From Dipteris shenzhenensis (Eukaryota): a stretch of DNA of 64,000 nucleotides. The translations under genes and the position numbers were made by a program. The stretch lies in NCBI GenBank assembly GCA_047967505.1, contig CM106538.1. One strand, written 5' to 3'. Within the stretch, counting starts at the first letter, position 1. Each line of letters starts with the position of its first letter. The notes under the pieces were generated by a model. That model was not told the DNA's origin. It saw only the letters and a list, made by a program, of their open reading frames with translations, and did not search any database. Below are positions 37,699 through 50,599 of this stretch, piece after piece.

Positions 37699-40600
37699 GT
37701 TTCGATATATGTGGGTTTCGATGTGTGTTTGTGCGCTTTATGTCATTGCTTTGGCGTTTTTGTTTCTAAATGCCCCTTCATGTCGCGTTGGTTTTGCAGA
37801 CCTACGACATTTTTGAGGATTCCTTCGAGACCCTTGAAGAGTAGGACCGCAGAAGCTCTGCTTCTTGCTGCATCTAGATTACTAGGTGGCGTTGGTATTA
37901 CGTCGTTCTTTCGACTTTCCTACTCTGCCGATTAATGTTGTATCACCTGATGAAGTCTTCTGTTGCGTCGCAGAAATGCCCCTCTTCTTTTGGGTAATCC
38001 CAATGAAGAGATATCGCAGCGTACAACTATGGTAAGCATCTCGCGCAAATCTATTTTGATTGCGTCGAGTATTAATCCGTTGGATCTTAGCTTCAAAAGT
38101 CTATATATGTGTAGGGGCAAGTGGGAAATTATTGTATGGGATCTGTGAGAGTGCACACGTCTTTTAAATTTTCCAAATGTCCACATGCTTGTACGTGACA
38201 GCATGCACACTCCTAGACCAACATTTTTTCTAACTTTTTGTATGCGTTCAATTGATGTATTGCAGTGCTTTGTTGCTGCATAGTCAAGATCCAGATTATT
38301 TTAGTTTGTTATTTTCTTCTTGAGAGAATCTAGCTGTCTTTTGTGCTTGGACTTTTTATTTTAGTTTGCTATTTTCTTCTTGAGACAATCTAGCTATCGT
38401 CCGTGCTTTGACTTTTTATTAGATAATGTTATGCCCGTGAATAACATTTTTTAAATTTTCGTTGGCTATGAAGGCTTTTGATGCAGTGTTCAATACACTT
38501 CTAGGAAAGTTGGAGAAAAATTTGAATCGTTGGGAGTTTTATTGTCGTGCTAATTGCTTTACTCCTCCGAAGGATCTTTCAACTTTCCAAGAGGTCTGCT
38601 CAGCCTGCTTGTCATGATTTGGAAATCATAACTTGCTTTTGAGATAAGACCTAAGGACAAAGAGTTATATCAATTATTTGAACTTATGCCGTGACTCGAA
38701 TATATGATAAGAGCTACTTAGATATCTTACATTCTACAGGCTCTGCATATATTTGAGCAGTGTGAAGTCAGCAGAAGATACATGCTTTACAATCTTTGAA
38801 ATGATTATTCATTGGACATGGCAGGATGCACAAGCAGGGGTCCATTTGGAAGCAAGTGTTCTAAGTGGTACAGAAGAGGAACAGTTGGACGCTGAATTGG
38901 AATCTGTGAGGAGTGAACTTCACATTGTAAGCACAGGTTTTAAATTATAGCACAGAAGACATACCTAACCGGGCCATATCTATTGGTCACATGAACGTCT
39001 TGTTGTCCATTGTAGGCTGGAAAAGAGGCAGCAAAGATGCGTAGAGAGCTGCGCCAACTGGAAAGGTTATTGGCTGTGAAGAAAAGGCACGAGGAAGCCT
39101 TGCAAGATGCGGTGACACAGTTCAAGGAAGAAGACCACCAAAATGTATTAGAAGGTACTTCTCTGTCTGTTTCTGGAATTCTGTTTAGAGGTACTTGAAA
39201 TCTTGCTATGACAATTCCCTGTCAAAATTCATTGGCCTGCCAGAAGTAAAATATTGTAGAAATGAATGCAGTTTGAAGTGATCACGTATTGAGTTTTGTG
39301 GTATTCATATACTACATCCTTTTCCTTTATAGGATTCAATTTACCGACTGTACATGCTTGTAAAAGGACTATCAATCTATGACTTTCACCATATGAAGTA
39401 TCTGTTGGTTTAGATGTTCAAATATAGTCCGGATAGTCTTGGTGGAAGCATGTTTTAGCAGTTCTCTATATTGGTTAGTGTCCTTGGAGACTAACCTACG
39501 GTTCCAAAATTTTAGATTTGATGTTCTGAAGACTCTCCGTCTGTGGCCTTATGAGAGGGGCGTCATGTGGCACAAAGTGTATGAATTCTAAGTCTAGAGA
39601 GTCTTGGGGGGGGTGGTTTTGTATTGTTTTGTATAAGGTATCTGTCTATTTAGAGGATAATACTGGACAGTCTTGAATGTAGCATCGTCATACATAGAGA
39701 CTAAGCATGAAAACAAAGTGTAGAGAGGAGTCAGGACACCTACTCTTCATGTGTTCTTAATAGAATGCCTTCTAGTGTACGACTTTTACTGTATGAGGCA
39801 TTTGTTGATCTAGAGATATGTGGACTCGATGATAGCATGCTGTAGCAGTTGTTGATATCATAGTTGGTTCTGTACTCGTATGGTTGGCTGAACCATATGT
39901 GGCTTTTTTTGAGGAGAAAAGCGGGGTTTCCAAGACCTTTATGAGAACGTTTTTAAATAAATTTCTTGACTTTAAAATTAATACAAGTTTGAAGTTAAAA
40001 CTTTTGTAGCTCTCTGCCTATAAATGTGTACAATGTATATTTTCCTTTTTTTGTTGTTGTAAAATTAGGGTCATGCGTGATTCAGCCCCAGTGGCTGATC
40101 CATACTCCAATCATACTTCCGTACTTCCGTACCCATATGCCGTATGTGTATGGTAATGTATGAAAAAAGCTATGGTTGATATGGTGTCCATGGAAACTGA
40201 TCACAGCATGCACACCAAAGATTTATCCTTAAAAGTTCTGAAGACCTATTTTCTTTCACTCTACCAAACAGGTCATGTGCATGGGCACAAGGCTTGCTGT
40301 GTGTGATGTCTATATATGGGATGCTTTAATCTTAGGAGATACTGTGGCAGCATGGAGTCTTCGCAAAATGGCCTCAATGAAAAGTTTGTGTGGCATACGA
40401 ATATGCTATTGCTTCATTGGGTCACCAAGGAATGGATTCAACAGTGATGTGCATGGGCCTCAGTGCCGACTTTTGAATCACCTTGAAGTAACAGTTGACT
40501 TGGCTGCTTGAGAATGTTGTTGAGTTTTTTGGTATTGTTATCGTATTGATTTAACTATACCTTTTCAGGATCGTGGCCATGTTATGTGTTGAGAAAGAGC

Positions 40601-43600
40601 CTATAGTGGTTCGTTGTTCAAGAGGGAACTTCTCTTGTGGCTACTCTTTTTCTTGTGGTGGCTTGAGCATCCCTTCTGCAAGGCCTTGCTTTGAGACATC
40701 TTAGGCAATGTACGTTTACATGATCATGGCCATCATTTGTTTTGTAGGGGGAGAATAGCAAAACACATACTCGTTGTAGATTCTCATTCTCCTGAAGGTG
40801 AGACAGGCTACAATCGTGTTGTAGATGAGAGAGGCTACAATCCATCTTCCATCTTGGTAGAACTGCTTGATCGTGAATTTAGTAGGGGAGGTTGGAATGT
40901 ATGACAGTTGAAGATATGATTGCTACTTTAAGTGATTCTGACTCCTATTGTGAGTCAATCCATTGAACTTTCCACCTCTTTGAGGGAAGCTTGAGACGAC
41001 CAGCTCGTGGAATATGGATGAAGTTGAGTTGCATTGAATGTTAAATTACACGGCGCAGCGGAACAGAAATTGAACAAAGAATAGAGAGTACCGCAAATTG
41101 AAGATGGACAAAATTTTCCTTCAATACTGATGGTATAGATGATGGCTCTGTCCACCCGTGTGCTCCCACAGTGGAGCTTAGATGGCGATCTAGACAGATA
41201 CTAGGTGAAGAGCTACTAGTTGGAAGATCTTTGTTGGAAGATTTGATCTGGTACAATGGATTGGGGAGGTCGCCTCTTTATAGCTATGAGGGTGGTAGTC
41301 GGATCAACGTAGTCGGTGGAACCGACCAGTCAACCTAGTTGGTGAAGTCGACCAGTCAACCTAATCGATGGAATTGACTAGTCGTCCATGGAATATTCAG
41401 GAAATATTTCCTATATCGTTGCCTTGGGGGCTCTCGTCTCGAAATCCCCACCAGGGGGCTGGTTGGCTCCCCTGGGACTCCTTAGTTGGGGCCCAGCTGT
41501 CTCCCAAGTCCCAGTAAGAATAAGGGGCTCCCACACAATCACCTTTCCACAATCAACGGTCTCATTGATAGACCTCATTTGACATGCAAGTCAGGATCCA
41601 TCTAGTGTCTCGGGCTCACACATGGCTTCTTCTCATATGGGGGCCTTACAACTTGAGCACCTTGGACCATTGGTGGTTACCAGGAGGGTGGGACATTGAG
41701 CATATCTAAGATCCCTCCTCTATGTCCATCCGTATGTGAGCTACCTTCTCGGCCCAATGCCAACTCTCTGAAGATGACCCTGAAGTTGATCCTTCTCGAG
41801 TGCCTTGGTGAAGATATCTGCTCCATTTTGCTCTGTTGGACATTAGACCAATTCCACTATCCCGTCCTCGATCAAATCATGCACATAGTGATATTGAATC
41901 TCTATATGTTTTGTGCGTACATGAAACATTGGATTTTTAGCAATGGCCATGCAACTTTGATTGTCGCACCTCAGTACAGTTGCCTCATTCTCTTGCACTC
42001 CCATGTGCCATAAGATCCTTCTCAGCCACACTACTTCATAAGCAGCAAAACATGTTGCCTTGTACTCAGCCTCGGTAGAAGACAATGCCACTGTTGGTTG
42101 TTTCTTACTGATCTAAGAGAAGATACCTAAACCTAAAGAGAAACAATATTTAGAAATTGATTTCCTGGAATCAACATCTCCAGACTTCAATCCCCGAGAG
42201 ATGAAGATCTTGCTTGGCTCTTGCCAGACTTCAATTCTCGAACAGTAGTGCATCAAGCCTAAGTCTGTCATCTCAAACTTTGTGCTCAACCCCTTTTTAG
42301 TCTGTTGGATCATGTCTTCATAGTCACCTGTAATAAGGAGATCATCCAATATAGAACAATAATAGCAGATTTTTCACCTTTCCTGTACATATACAAGTTA
42401 GCATCTGAGGCACATCTTTTGAAGTTTAATTTATGAAAGAATTTGTCTATCCGTTGATACCATGCTCTTGGGGCCTGTTTCAGCTCGTACAAAGCCTTCT
42501 TCAGCTTACATATCTTGTTCTCAGAATGGGGGTCTCAAACCCAGGTGGTTGAGCTAGGTACACCTCCTCCTTGAGGTCACTATTTGAGAATGTTGATTTA
42601 ACATCCATTTGATAAATTGGCCACATTTTATGAGCAGCTATCGATAGTACTGTGCGAATAGTGGTCATTCTGGTAGTCGGAGCGAAAGATTCTTGAAAAT
42701 CAAACCCTTCAACTTGTGAAAATCCTTGTGCAATCAATTTGGCTTTATACTTTTTCAAAGTTCCATCGGCCTTGTACTTTACCTTCCAAACCCACTTGGT
42801 GCTAATAACCTTTCTATTAGGTGGTCGATCTACCAGCTCCCAAGTTTCATTCTTCATGATGCTATCTACTTGCATAGCGTTTTTCTAATCTCAGTTTGCA
42901 AATGCTTTCTCCAAACTCGTAGGCTCCTTTACTTCTGAAATATTTTCAGCCATCAAGGCCATATTGACTATGTGAGCAGAAGCCCTCCTTTGCTCCTCGA
43001 TTCTTTGAGACCGCCTTGGTTCATCTGCATGCTGCTCAACAGACATAGGCATCTGGTTATCATGGTGGTAGAGTTGTCTTACCCATCGCGGCAATAGCTT
43101 TTCCGGTGGTGTAACAACAGGTTGGTGACTTATACCTTCATTATCTGATATTTCCTCGAATGCGGCTTGTCTCTTGAGCCCTATTTCTTGAGGACAATAA
43201 ATTGCAAAATACAGCAGTGCACTCGGATACTTTTGTAGTGCATTTTTGGACTTTAGATGGTCCTTGGCACCCAATCAAAAGTTTGCCTGTCATCATTAGC
43301 TCTTAGTATGAGGAATTTACCATGCATCAGACTGCACAACAATGAGTTTGGGAGATTCTTAGTTGATCCATAGGATCCCCATCCAAACAAGTGGTATCTA
43401 CCAATGAAAACAGACTTATAATTGGTTGTTAGTGTTGGAAAGCTGAAAGGAAAGCAAAGAGTGGACACAAACTCAGAATACTTGCTTATGGAATGAAGAA
43501 GAGTGAGGTCCTTAAGTAGGCACCTCATACAAGCTCACTGACATCACTGATGACCTCAGAGCTCCACAATCATCTCCTCAATCTGCTCTTAGATTCTCTC

Positions 43601-46600
43601 AATCGTCCTATGTGGCTCTTCCACCACCTAACTGTGCTTGTGGGCACCTAACTGTGCCTCTAGCACTCACACATAGAAACATAAGGTGTGCCTGAGGCAT
43701 ACACCTTGAGATATCCCAACAAACCCCCCCTCAAGGAAATGCCTTAGGCTATGTCAAGGATACATCTAGTCTCATAGTTTCTCATGCCATCTCATGGTGG
43801 TCAAGGATAAATCTATGGCTAGGTTCTTATGCTAGCAAGGGTTTCCTTGGGTGTAAGGTAAACAAAAAAGGGATACAGAAAGACCTTCCAATGGTTATCT
43901 CCTCTGCATGTACATGCACACAATGTCTGTAGGAGGTACCATGGAGCAAAACATACACATGGCCTACATTATAAGGTGACCAGAGGTGTTTACAAAACAC
44001 ACAAAACACAATAGTTTATTTCATTCATTTTGAAGGACTATCCAGGCTGAGTACCTTGACATAAAAAAGAGAGATCTGGAGCATACATAGAGATGATTAA
44101 AATGCATAATCTTCATGGGATGCCTCATCTTGTGGAGGCTCAACTGAAAGTAGATTTGCATTTTCTTTCTTTGCTTTGGCTCTGCAAAACTTCTCATTAT
44201 GGTTGTTCTTGCCACAGTGCTTGCATGGATTAATTTTGAAGCAGTCCTTTGAAAGGTGATTTGTCTTTCCACAGTGATTGCAAGGAGTATACTTGCCCTT
44301 CTGGCCTTTACAGCATAAGCAGTGTCATTGCCTTTCGTGAGCTCCATATGCCTTTCTTCTTCTTGGAGAGCAGAGATAATACCTTCAAGATTAGGATTAG
44401 GAAGATTTTTCAAAGTGGTAACTGTGTGATCATAATCTTCAGGCATGCTCTTAAGTAACATTGCCATAGCATCATCTGGAGAAATAGGAGAGTTGATAGA
44501 AGCTAATTGAGTCGCTAATTGAGTCATAAGACTCCGCATATAGTTGACATGAGCTGCTAAAGTAGTACCACTAGTCATCTTCAATTCAAAGAAAGAGATT
44601 TTAAGTGATAGTTTAGAGATGTGAGAGCTAGCACCAAAAATCATGTCAAGCTTCTGCCAAGCTTCCGAAGGAGACTCCAAGTCAGAGATATGGTGTATAT
44701 AATCATCTCCTAAAGCAAGAGCAATAATACCGTATGCTTTTTCTTCTCTAGCTGGATCCCTTGCCGATCGTGTCGGAGTTGAGGATTCTCCAGCATTGGA
44801 GGCCGTAGAAGAAGCGATAGGAGTCGGTTTGACAAGTCCCCATAAGTTCTCCCTCATCAATGCAAATTTCACCTTCATCTGCCATGTGTGGAAGCCCTTT
44901 CCATTGAACTTCTCGAGATTAAATAGGGTAGCCATGAGAGGGTTTAACCCAGATATTGGGCAGTGTCTATCTCTCTTACAAGGAAAAAATAACTGAAAGA
45001 CTTCCAAAATATGAGCACTTGATGTAGCAAAGACTAGTGACCAATATTCAAACAATGATGCTTCTTCTTACATGCTTCATAGAAGTGGGTGAAATAAATA
45101 CTTTCCAATCAAAACCAGGTCTAGTAATTCAAAACAAAACTGAAGCCACACTTGTACTAAAGTTATTGAAAGCTTCAAAAAACCAGAAATGCTAGAGTAG
45201 CATTTTATGTAGCATCATCTTCAAAAACTTGTCCAAAATTGTCAAAACTGAAAAGCTGAACTTGGAGGGCTTGTAGCTCACTCTTCAAAGCAAGGAAAAG
45301 AGGGCTTTCTGAAGCAAAAGAAAGCTCATATACCAGAGAGGGTCCAGCACAGAGGTTGGACGAAATGGTGCGCACTTTTGCCCGGGAGAGTTGCTACAGG
45401 CTGAAACTGAGTTTTGACGATTTCTCCCTCGTTACTGAACCAAATGACCTGAAAAATGGCTCAAAATCTTCGTCTTGAGGTCGCCCATCTACTCCTAAGA
45501 GGGCTCAGGCAATGGCGGAGCAGGCAGGGAGTATTGAGCAACAGAAGAAATGCGCTGTTTGGAGAATGGCAGCCACCACAGACGTTTTTTCTTCAATTGC
45601 TTGCAGGTGGAGGTTCGCCCATACTAGAGGAGTTTCTAGCTCAGAGGGTTTGGGCAATGGTCGTTTGTAGGTGGAGAACCAAGCTCTCAAAGATTTTGGG
45701 AAGAAAGAGGAAAATGGAGAAGAAGAAGATGAAGAAGAAGATGATGATGTGACAGAAATGGGCTCAAGGGGGATCAAATGGCTCTGATACCATGTTGGAA
45801 AGCTGAAAGGAAAGCAAAGAGTGGACACAAACTCAGAATACTTGCTTATGGAATGAAGAAGAGTGAGGTCCTTAAGTAGGCACCTCATACAAGCTCACTG
45901 ACATCACTGATGACCTCAGAGCTCCACAATCATCTCCTCAATCTGCTCCTAGATTCTCTCAATCATCCTATGTGGCTCTTCCACCACCTAACTGTGCTTG
46001 TGGGCACCTAACTGTGCCTCTAGCACTCACACATAGAAACATAAGGTGTGCCTGAGGCATACACCTTGAGATATCCCAACAGTTAGCACTCTCAATCAAG
46101 CTTCTAGTGCTAATTATTACTTGCATAGAGCTTCTATTGCTATCTAGCTTTCACAATAGGAATGAAAGTGCTAGCTGGCACTCACAACAAAGTTTCAAAT
46201 GCTATTTAGCACTCATAGTGGTGCTTCAAGTGGTATTTGGCAGTAAAAATAGACTTGTAACTGGTAGTCAGCACTCTTAGTCGAGGAAGCAACTAGTAGT
46301 CAGCAATAACAATATTGTAGATAGTGCTAGTTATCACCACTACAAAGTACAAGTTAGCACTCATAATAGAGTGTGAAGTATTAGCTAGCACATTCGTAAG
46401 CACTATTTAGCACTGTGAATAGAGAACTCTTAAGTGCTAATCAATATTCACTGCCACATGGCAGCCAGCTATAGGCCCTATATCTGGTTGGCCAGGTAAT
46501 GCAGCATTAGTAGGGGGACTCGTCTAGCTTGCCTATAAATAGTAGGCTGTACGGTGTTCTTTAAGTCTTGGGACTCGTCCAGCTTCTGCGCCACCTACTT

Positions 46601-47964
46601 TCCTATAAGTAGTAGGCTGTACTGTGTATTCAAATTCATCAAATGCCTTCCATGTCGGAGTAGATTGGAGCAGCCAGAAGATGAGCATACAGCCCATGTG
46701 TAGACCAGATACTTTCAGAATTATACTTCGAGTTTGGCATACAGTGATACAACAGCAAATACTTCCATTTTGACATACAGTGGAGGGGTCCAACTATGAG
46801 AGAAAACAGGGCAGCATACACCTTCACTACCCCCACAGAGCTGAATGATGAGTTTCTCAATTCCACTTTTCACACTAGCTCAGATATCACTGCTCTCTTA
46901 CACAAAAAAAAGACACACTCAGATCTGGGAGATTTCACACCACAAGATAGGCAGCAAAACAGTCATTACCATGATAAGTGTTGACCGCTCAGTACAGACT
47001 CTAGTATGATGCTTTCACACAAGGTGCTGTGTAGTCATCCAACTACACTGACCCACCTATAGCCAAGAGGCCAAATAAACTGGGCACAACTGAAGAGGCT
47101 AAGAGCTCATATCCTTTCTAAATGCTCCCTCACTGTCTGTACTTTCTAAGGCTTCAGTGGATTGTGGAGGGAGTGGGTAATGAGCCTATTAATCAATTTG
47201 GGCAGGGCTGTGTAGACCTGTTCCTTGCTGGCCTATTGGCCCATATGTTGGACGATCTGGGACAAACCCTGATCTGGCTGACCCTCTGCCCAAACATCCC
47301 TGGCCAGCCAGCTCGACAGATGACCTCCATAGGGCCAACCTAAACCTGCTCAGGCTGACCTTAAATCTGCCACGTTGTGTGAAATGCATTTGTTTGCCTA
47401 AACAAAAGAATCGTCATTTGTTGAACTAAAAGATGGTTTTTAAATGGTCTTCAGAAACTGTGGATGACTTCCATAAGTATCAGAGATGCATTATGAATCG
47501 ATCAGACAATATGGATTGATGGATATCTTACTTGTGAATAAACCGTGCAAACTCGAAAATTCTTCCATCTGTAAACCTAAAACACCTGAATGCTGATAGG
47601 TATTTTCTGTAGGGTTCTGTAGAAGATTTTTGGTTTATGTTGCAGTATAAGTGAATGGGGTGTGATGCAAGCCAGCAATATGGCAGTTAAAGAGGTTGAT
47701 GTATGCTTGCTGCAGAGATGCTCAGAGTTGGGGATCTGTTGAGAGATAAACTGAGTACAGTGAAAGCTGAAAGGATTCAGAGCCCCAGAGGTGTGCGTTT
47801 GAGGGGATCTGATTGTGCAGGTAACGTTGGCATGTTGAAATCTATGAAATATACTTTGAAATGACCTGTTTTTTGGCGTTGCCCTTGCAAACATTTGTTT
47901 TCTGATGCATGCAGGATTGGAAAGAGTCGATTTGGAAAATCATGTGAAATTCTTTGGCATCTAG
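37503..47964 (+). CDS. MIS12: MIS12 kinetochore protein homolog, 8 exons, 244 aa: join(37503-37622,37800-37840,37974-38031,38474-38593,38825-38926,39016-39154,47716-47820,47915-47964)
   Basis: All seven introns are GT-AG with compatible phases and give a 735-nt open frame ending in TAG. The translation matches plant Mis12 motifs: FELFLDDVFNA (cf. PQIFINEAINSV), LEKNLNRWEFYCRANCFTPPKD (cf. DNRLKLWESYSLRFCFAVPDG), QLDAELESVRSEL (cf. ELDAELDSLRDKL) and a C-terminal coiled coil. Confidence 0.88.
37652..37695. repeat. (GA)22 microsatellite in MIS12 intron 1
   Basis: Direct reading of the sequence. Confidence 0.95.
40950..43160 (-). mobile_element. Truncated copia remnant (3' LTR ~40950-41711, RNase H, RT) in MIS12 intron 6; related to element A
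   Basis: ALSSTEAEYKATCFAA, DNQSCMAIAKNP, KNETWELVDRPPNRKVISTKWVWK and LKQAPRAWY. The LTR shares CCGTGTGCTCC, CTCATATGGGGG and GAGCAT..ATC motifs with 1625-2278. The left LTR end is uncertain. Confidence 0.88.
43433..46081 (-). mobile_element. Gag-only non-autonomous copia-type element (TR-GAG), 2649 bp: LTRs 43433-43721 and 45793-46081, PBS 45781-45792, PPT ~43722-43734, TSD GTTAG
   Basis: Two 289-bp TG..CA LTRs differ at 2 positions by manual count. GTTAG is present at 43428-43432 and 46082-46086. tRNA-iMet PBS and GAGGGGGGG PPT are present; no protease, integrase or RT lies between gag and the PPT. Confidence 0.96.
44097..44935 (-). pseudogene. Copia-type Gag (UBN2-like plus two CCHC zinc knuckles) with one frameshift near 44299
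   Basis: MATLFNLEKFNGKGFHTWQMKV..ENLWG and LLKSMPEDYD..LQEEE. The shifted frame gives CNHCGKTNHLSKDC and CKHCGKNNHNEKFC, ending EDYAF-stop. Confidence 0.88.
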
Positions 47965-50599
47965 TGTGACTAGTCAGATTAGTGGCCGGTGATGCGCTGG
48001 ACAAGATTGCTTGTGCAGGCAGCTTTGGCAAGTTGTATTGTCTATTGTGTATGCTGTAAAATGGGCTGGTTTTAAGATTGCCTTGCAAATGGTTGGGTAC
48101 ATTTATTGTTGATGCATGAATGGTTGAAAGTAGCTATAAACATATCCTTTTTATTTAGCACCAAAAGTCATATTAGTGGTATTGTATGACGCTCCAATTA
48201 TCCCATAAAAAACTGCAATTTAAACTATTACTTAAGTCCTTGGGAAAATGGACGAGAAGGGTTTGCATTGATTATTTCATTAGTCCATATTGATGTTATC
48301 TCTAAGAGCTTGTTCTAATAAACATCTCTCACCATGACACAGTCTCATCATGACATCATAGCAATTTTAACAAAATTACCGACATTTGAGATAATAACCA
48401 CCACCCTATTGGCCTATTCTTGAGATCATAACAAACCACCCTTGTGGATATTGGATAAGGCAATTTGCCTATTATGCCATACTTAGACCTTGGGAGTGAC
48501 AACATAGTCACAATAGATTTTCTTATTTGTATTTTTGTAAAGTGACTCAAATGTTTTTTTAAAAGAAAATTGGGGATATAAAGAACTTTCAAATCACTCG
48601 TTTTTCATTTTAGTATGCATTGGGAGAGAATTTAAAGAAATGTGCCATTGAACTAGAATTCTCATTGTAGCATTTGCTAATTGGTTGGACAATTCTTTAC
48701 CAAGTGCCTTATTGTGATTTTATACCTTCATATTATGATTGTATTGATTCTATTTCAACCTTCAGATGCCTTGATTATGTCCTTAAATATCCAATAAATT
48801 ATATGATTGAATGTTGATGCTATGAATCAAAATTGTTGGATGATCATGAATATACAAAATTATGTACTAGATCTTATTATAGTATACTCTTCAGTAAGCC
48901 TTACAAGTGAATCACTTCTAGCTCCTTCGCCCATTTCATGATTTCCCTAACTAATGACCCTTGGTCTAAGAGATAATTTAAGACATTATGTACACCTTGT
49001 TGATGCTTGCCAACTTATCCTTTTTGAAACGTAATTGATTAGGAATACACTTATCTTGACTTCATCATCAATAACATGAAGTCAAAGGAAGCATAGTTCA
49101 ACAAGACTTCATGGTATGAATGTACACGAGTTGCAATCTACACTATGTATATAGGTAGACCATTAAAAGTGCTCTATTTTCGAGAGTAGGGAGAGTAAAT
49201 ATGTAAGATAAAGAGGATATACAAGGAGGGTGTTTTTTTGTTGGCATTATAAGCGTGTATTATTAGTGTAGACACCAACTTGTGCTAGTTTTAGCTTATT
49301 TTAGGTGGCATTAATATAAAATGGAAAAGCTCACCAATTGAATTAAATGATTGAAATCGTGGCATGTCTCTTAGCTCTTATGAATTAGTATATGATATTT
49401 CAAGCGCCTAGGATTTTTAAAATAATTTTTAATTTAAGGGCTTGAGGGAGGAAAAAAAGGGGTTGCAAGGAGAGTGGGTACCCCCATTCTTAGAATCATG
49501 CATACTATATTTTATTTGGAGGTCAATGACAATTGTCATATTTTGCCTTTGACTTTCCTCACCAATCTTAGTTTTCCTTGCAATTGTTTTCATTGAATTT
49601 TGCAATGCTTTGAGTTTTTGAATATTTGGTGATGAGTTAGTATGTCCTTGGCAACTTTGAGTTTTTGAATCTTTGGTGGTGACTTAGTATGTCCTTAGTA
49701 ACCTAGTATATTCTAACGCATATCACATTGATAAATGCTTCATTTGGTAAAGTTTATATTTACACATTTATCTTCTAGATGTTACACTCCAATTTTAATC
49801 AATTGATCATCTCTAAATAATTTAGCTCTCATTATAATGGAATACGATAATAAATGTTGAATGATACCTATCTACGTTGAGTACAAAATCACCCTCTTAT
49901 ATGTTGCATCATGTTGAGAGCTTTTGTGAGTTTGTTTCTTCGTAATGAAGTATATAAGTCGCACAAAATGACTTGTCGCATGCTTCTCTTTAGCTAGTTC
50001 AAATTTTTTAAAGGTCTTTGCAAGACCTTAAGATTTCTTCCTTATTGGACTCCAAAACAAGTTGTACTCTTTAAGAAAACTTTTAGTCTTTTGCAACCTC
50101 AAATAATACATCTAGCTTGATTGTTCATGAACTCTCTGGAGCTAATTTCCTTTGGGATCCACTAAGGCTTTTGAAGCCTTGTGGCTTGCTATCTCATTCT
50201 ATTCCCCTACATCTCCACCTGCGCTCTTGTGTGGAATTGAAGGAGGGATCTATGGTCCCTTAAAATTAGGTTCTCCTTTGTTGTGACACAATGTTATACA
50301 ATGGAGATGGAGGAGATGAGAATAAGAGAGGATCTATAGACCACACAAACTAGCCTACAATGTACAACTAACATTAGAAAAAAAAGTTTTATAGCATCAT
50401 TTGTGGATGGGATTGATCCCCTTAGTTACCTTTATTCCACACATTAACCTATGCAACTAACTAGATTAACATGTAACTATAATCTTGATTATTCTAATGA
50501 TGCCTAAACCAACATCACAAGTAGGATGACTAAGGTCGGAGAGAGTAAAAGGGAGAGAGGGGTAGTGGAGAAAGTAATGAGAAAAAGGTTCCCATTGCA

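Noticed and set aside
1625-41711. LTRs at 1625-2278 and ~40950-41711 as a pair
   Set aside because: Both are 3' LTRs, each next to its own PPT and RNase H, and they show only patchy similarity.
47455-47520. Alternative terminal MIS12 exon (ETVDDFHKYQR..)
   Set aside because: It is phase-compatible but matches the Mis12 C-terminus less well than 47716-47820 plus 47915-47964, which also give the expected length.
48100-50280. AT-rich region downstream of MIS12
   Set aside because: No ORF, terminus or repeat structure I can support; probably old decayed repeats.
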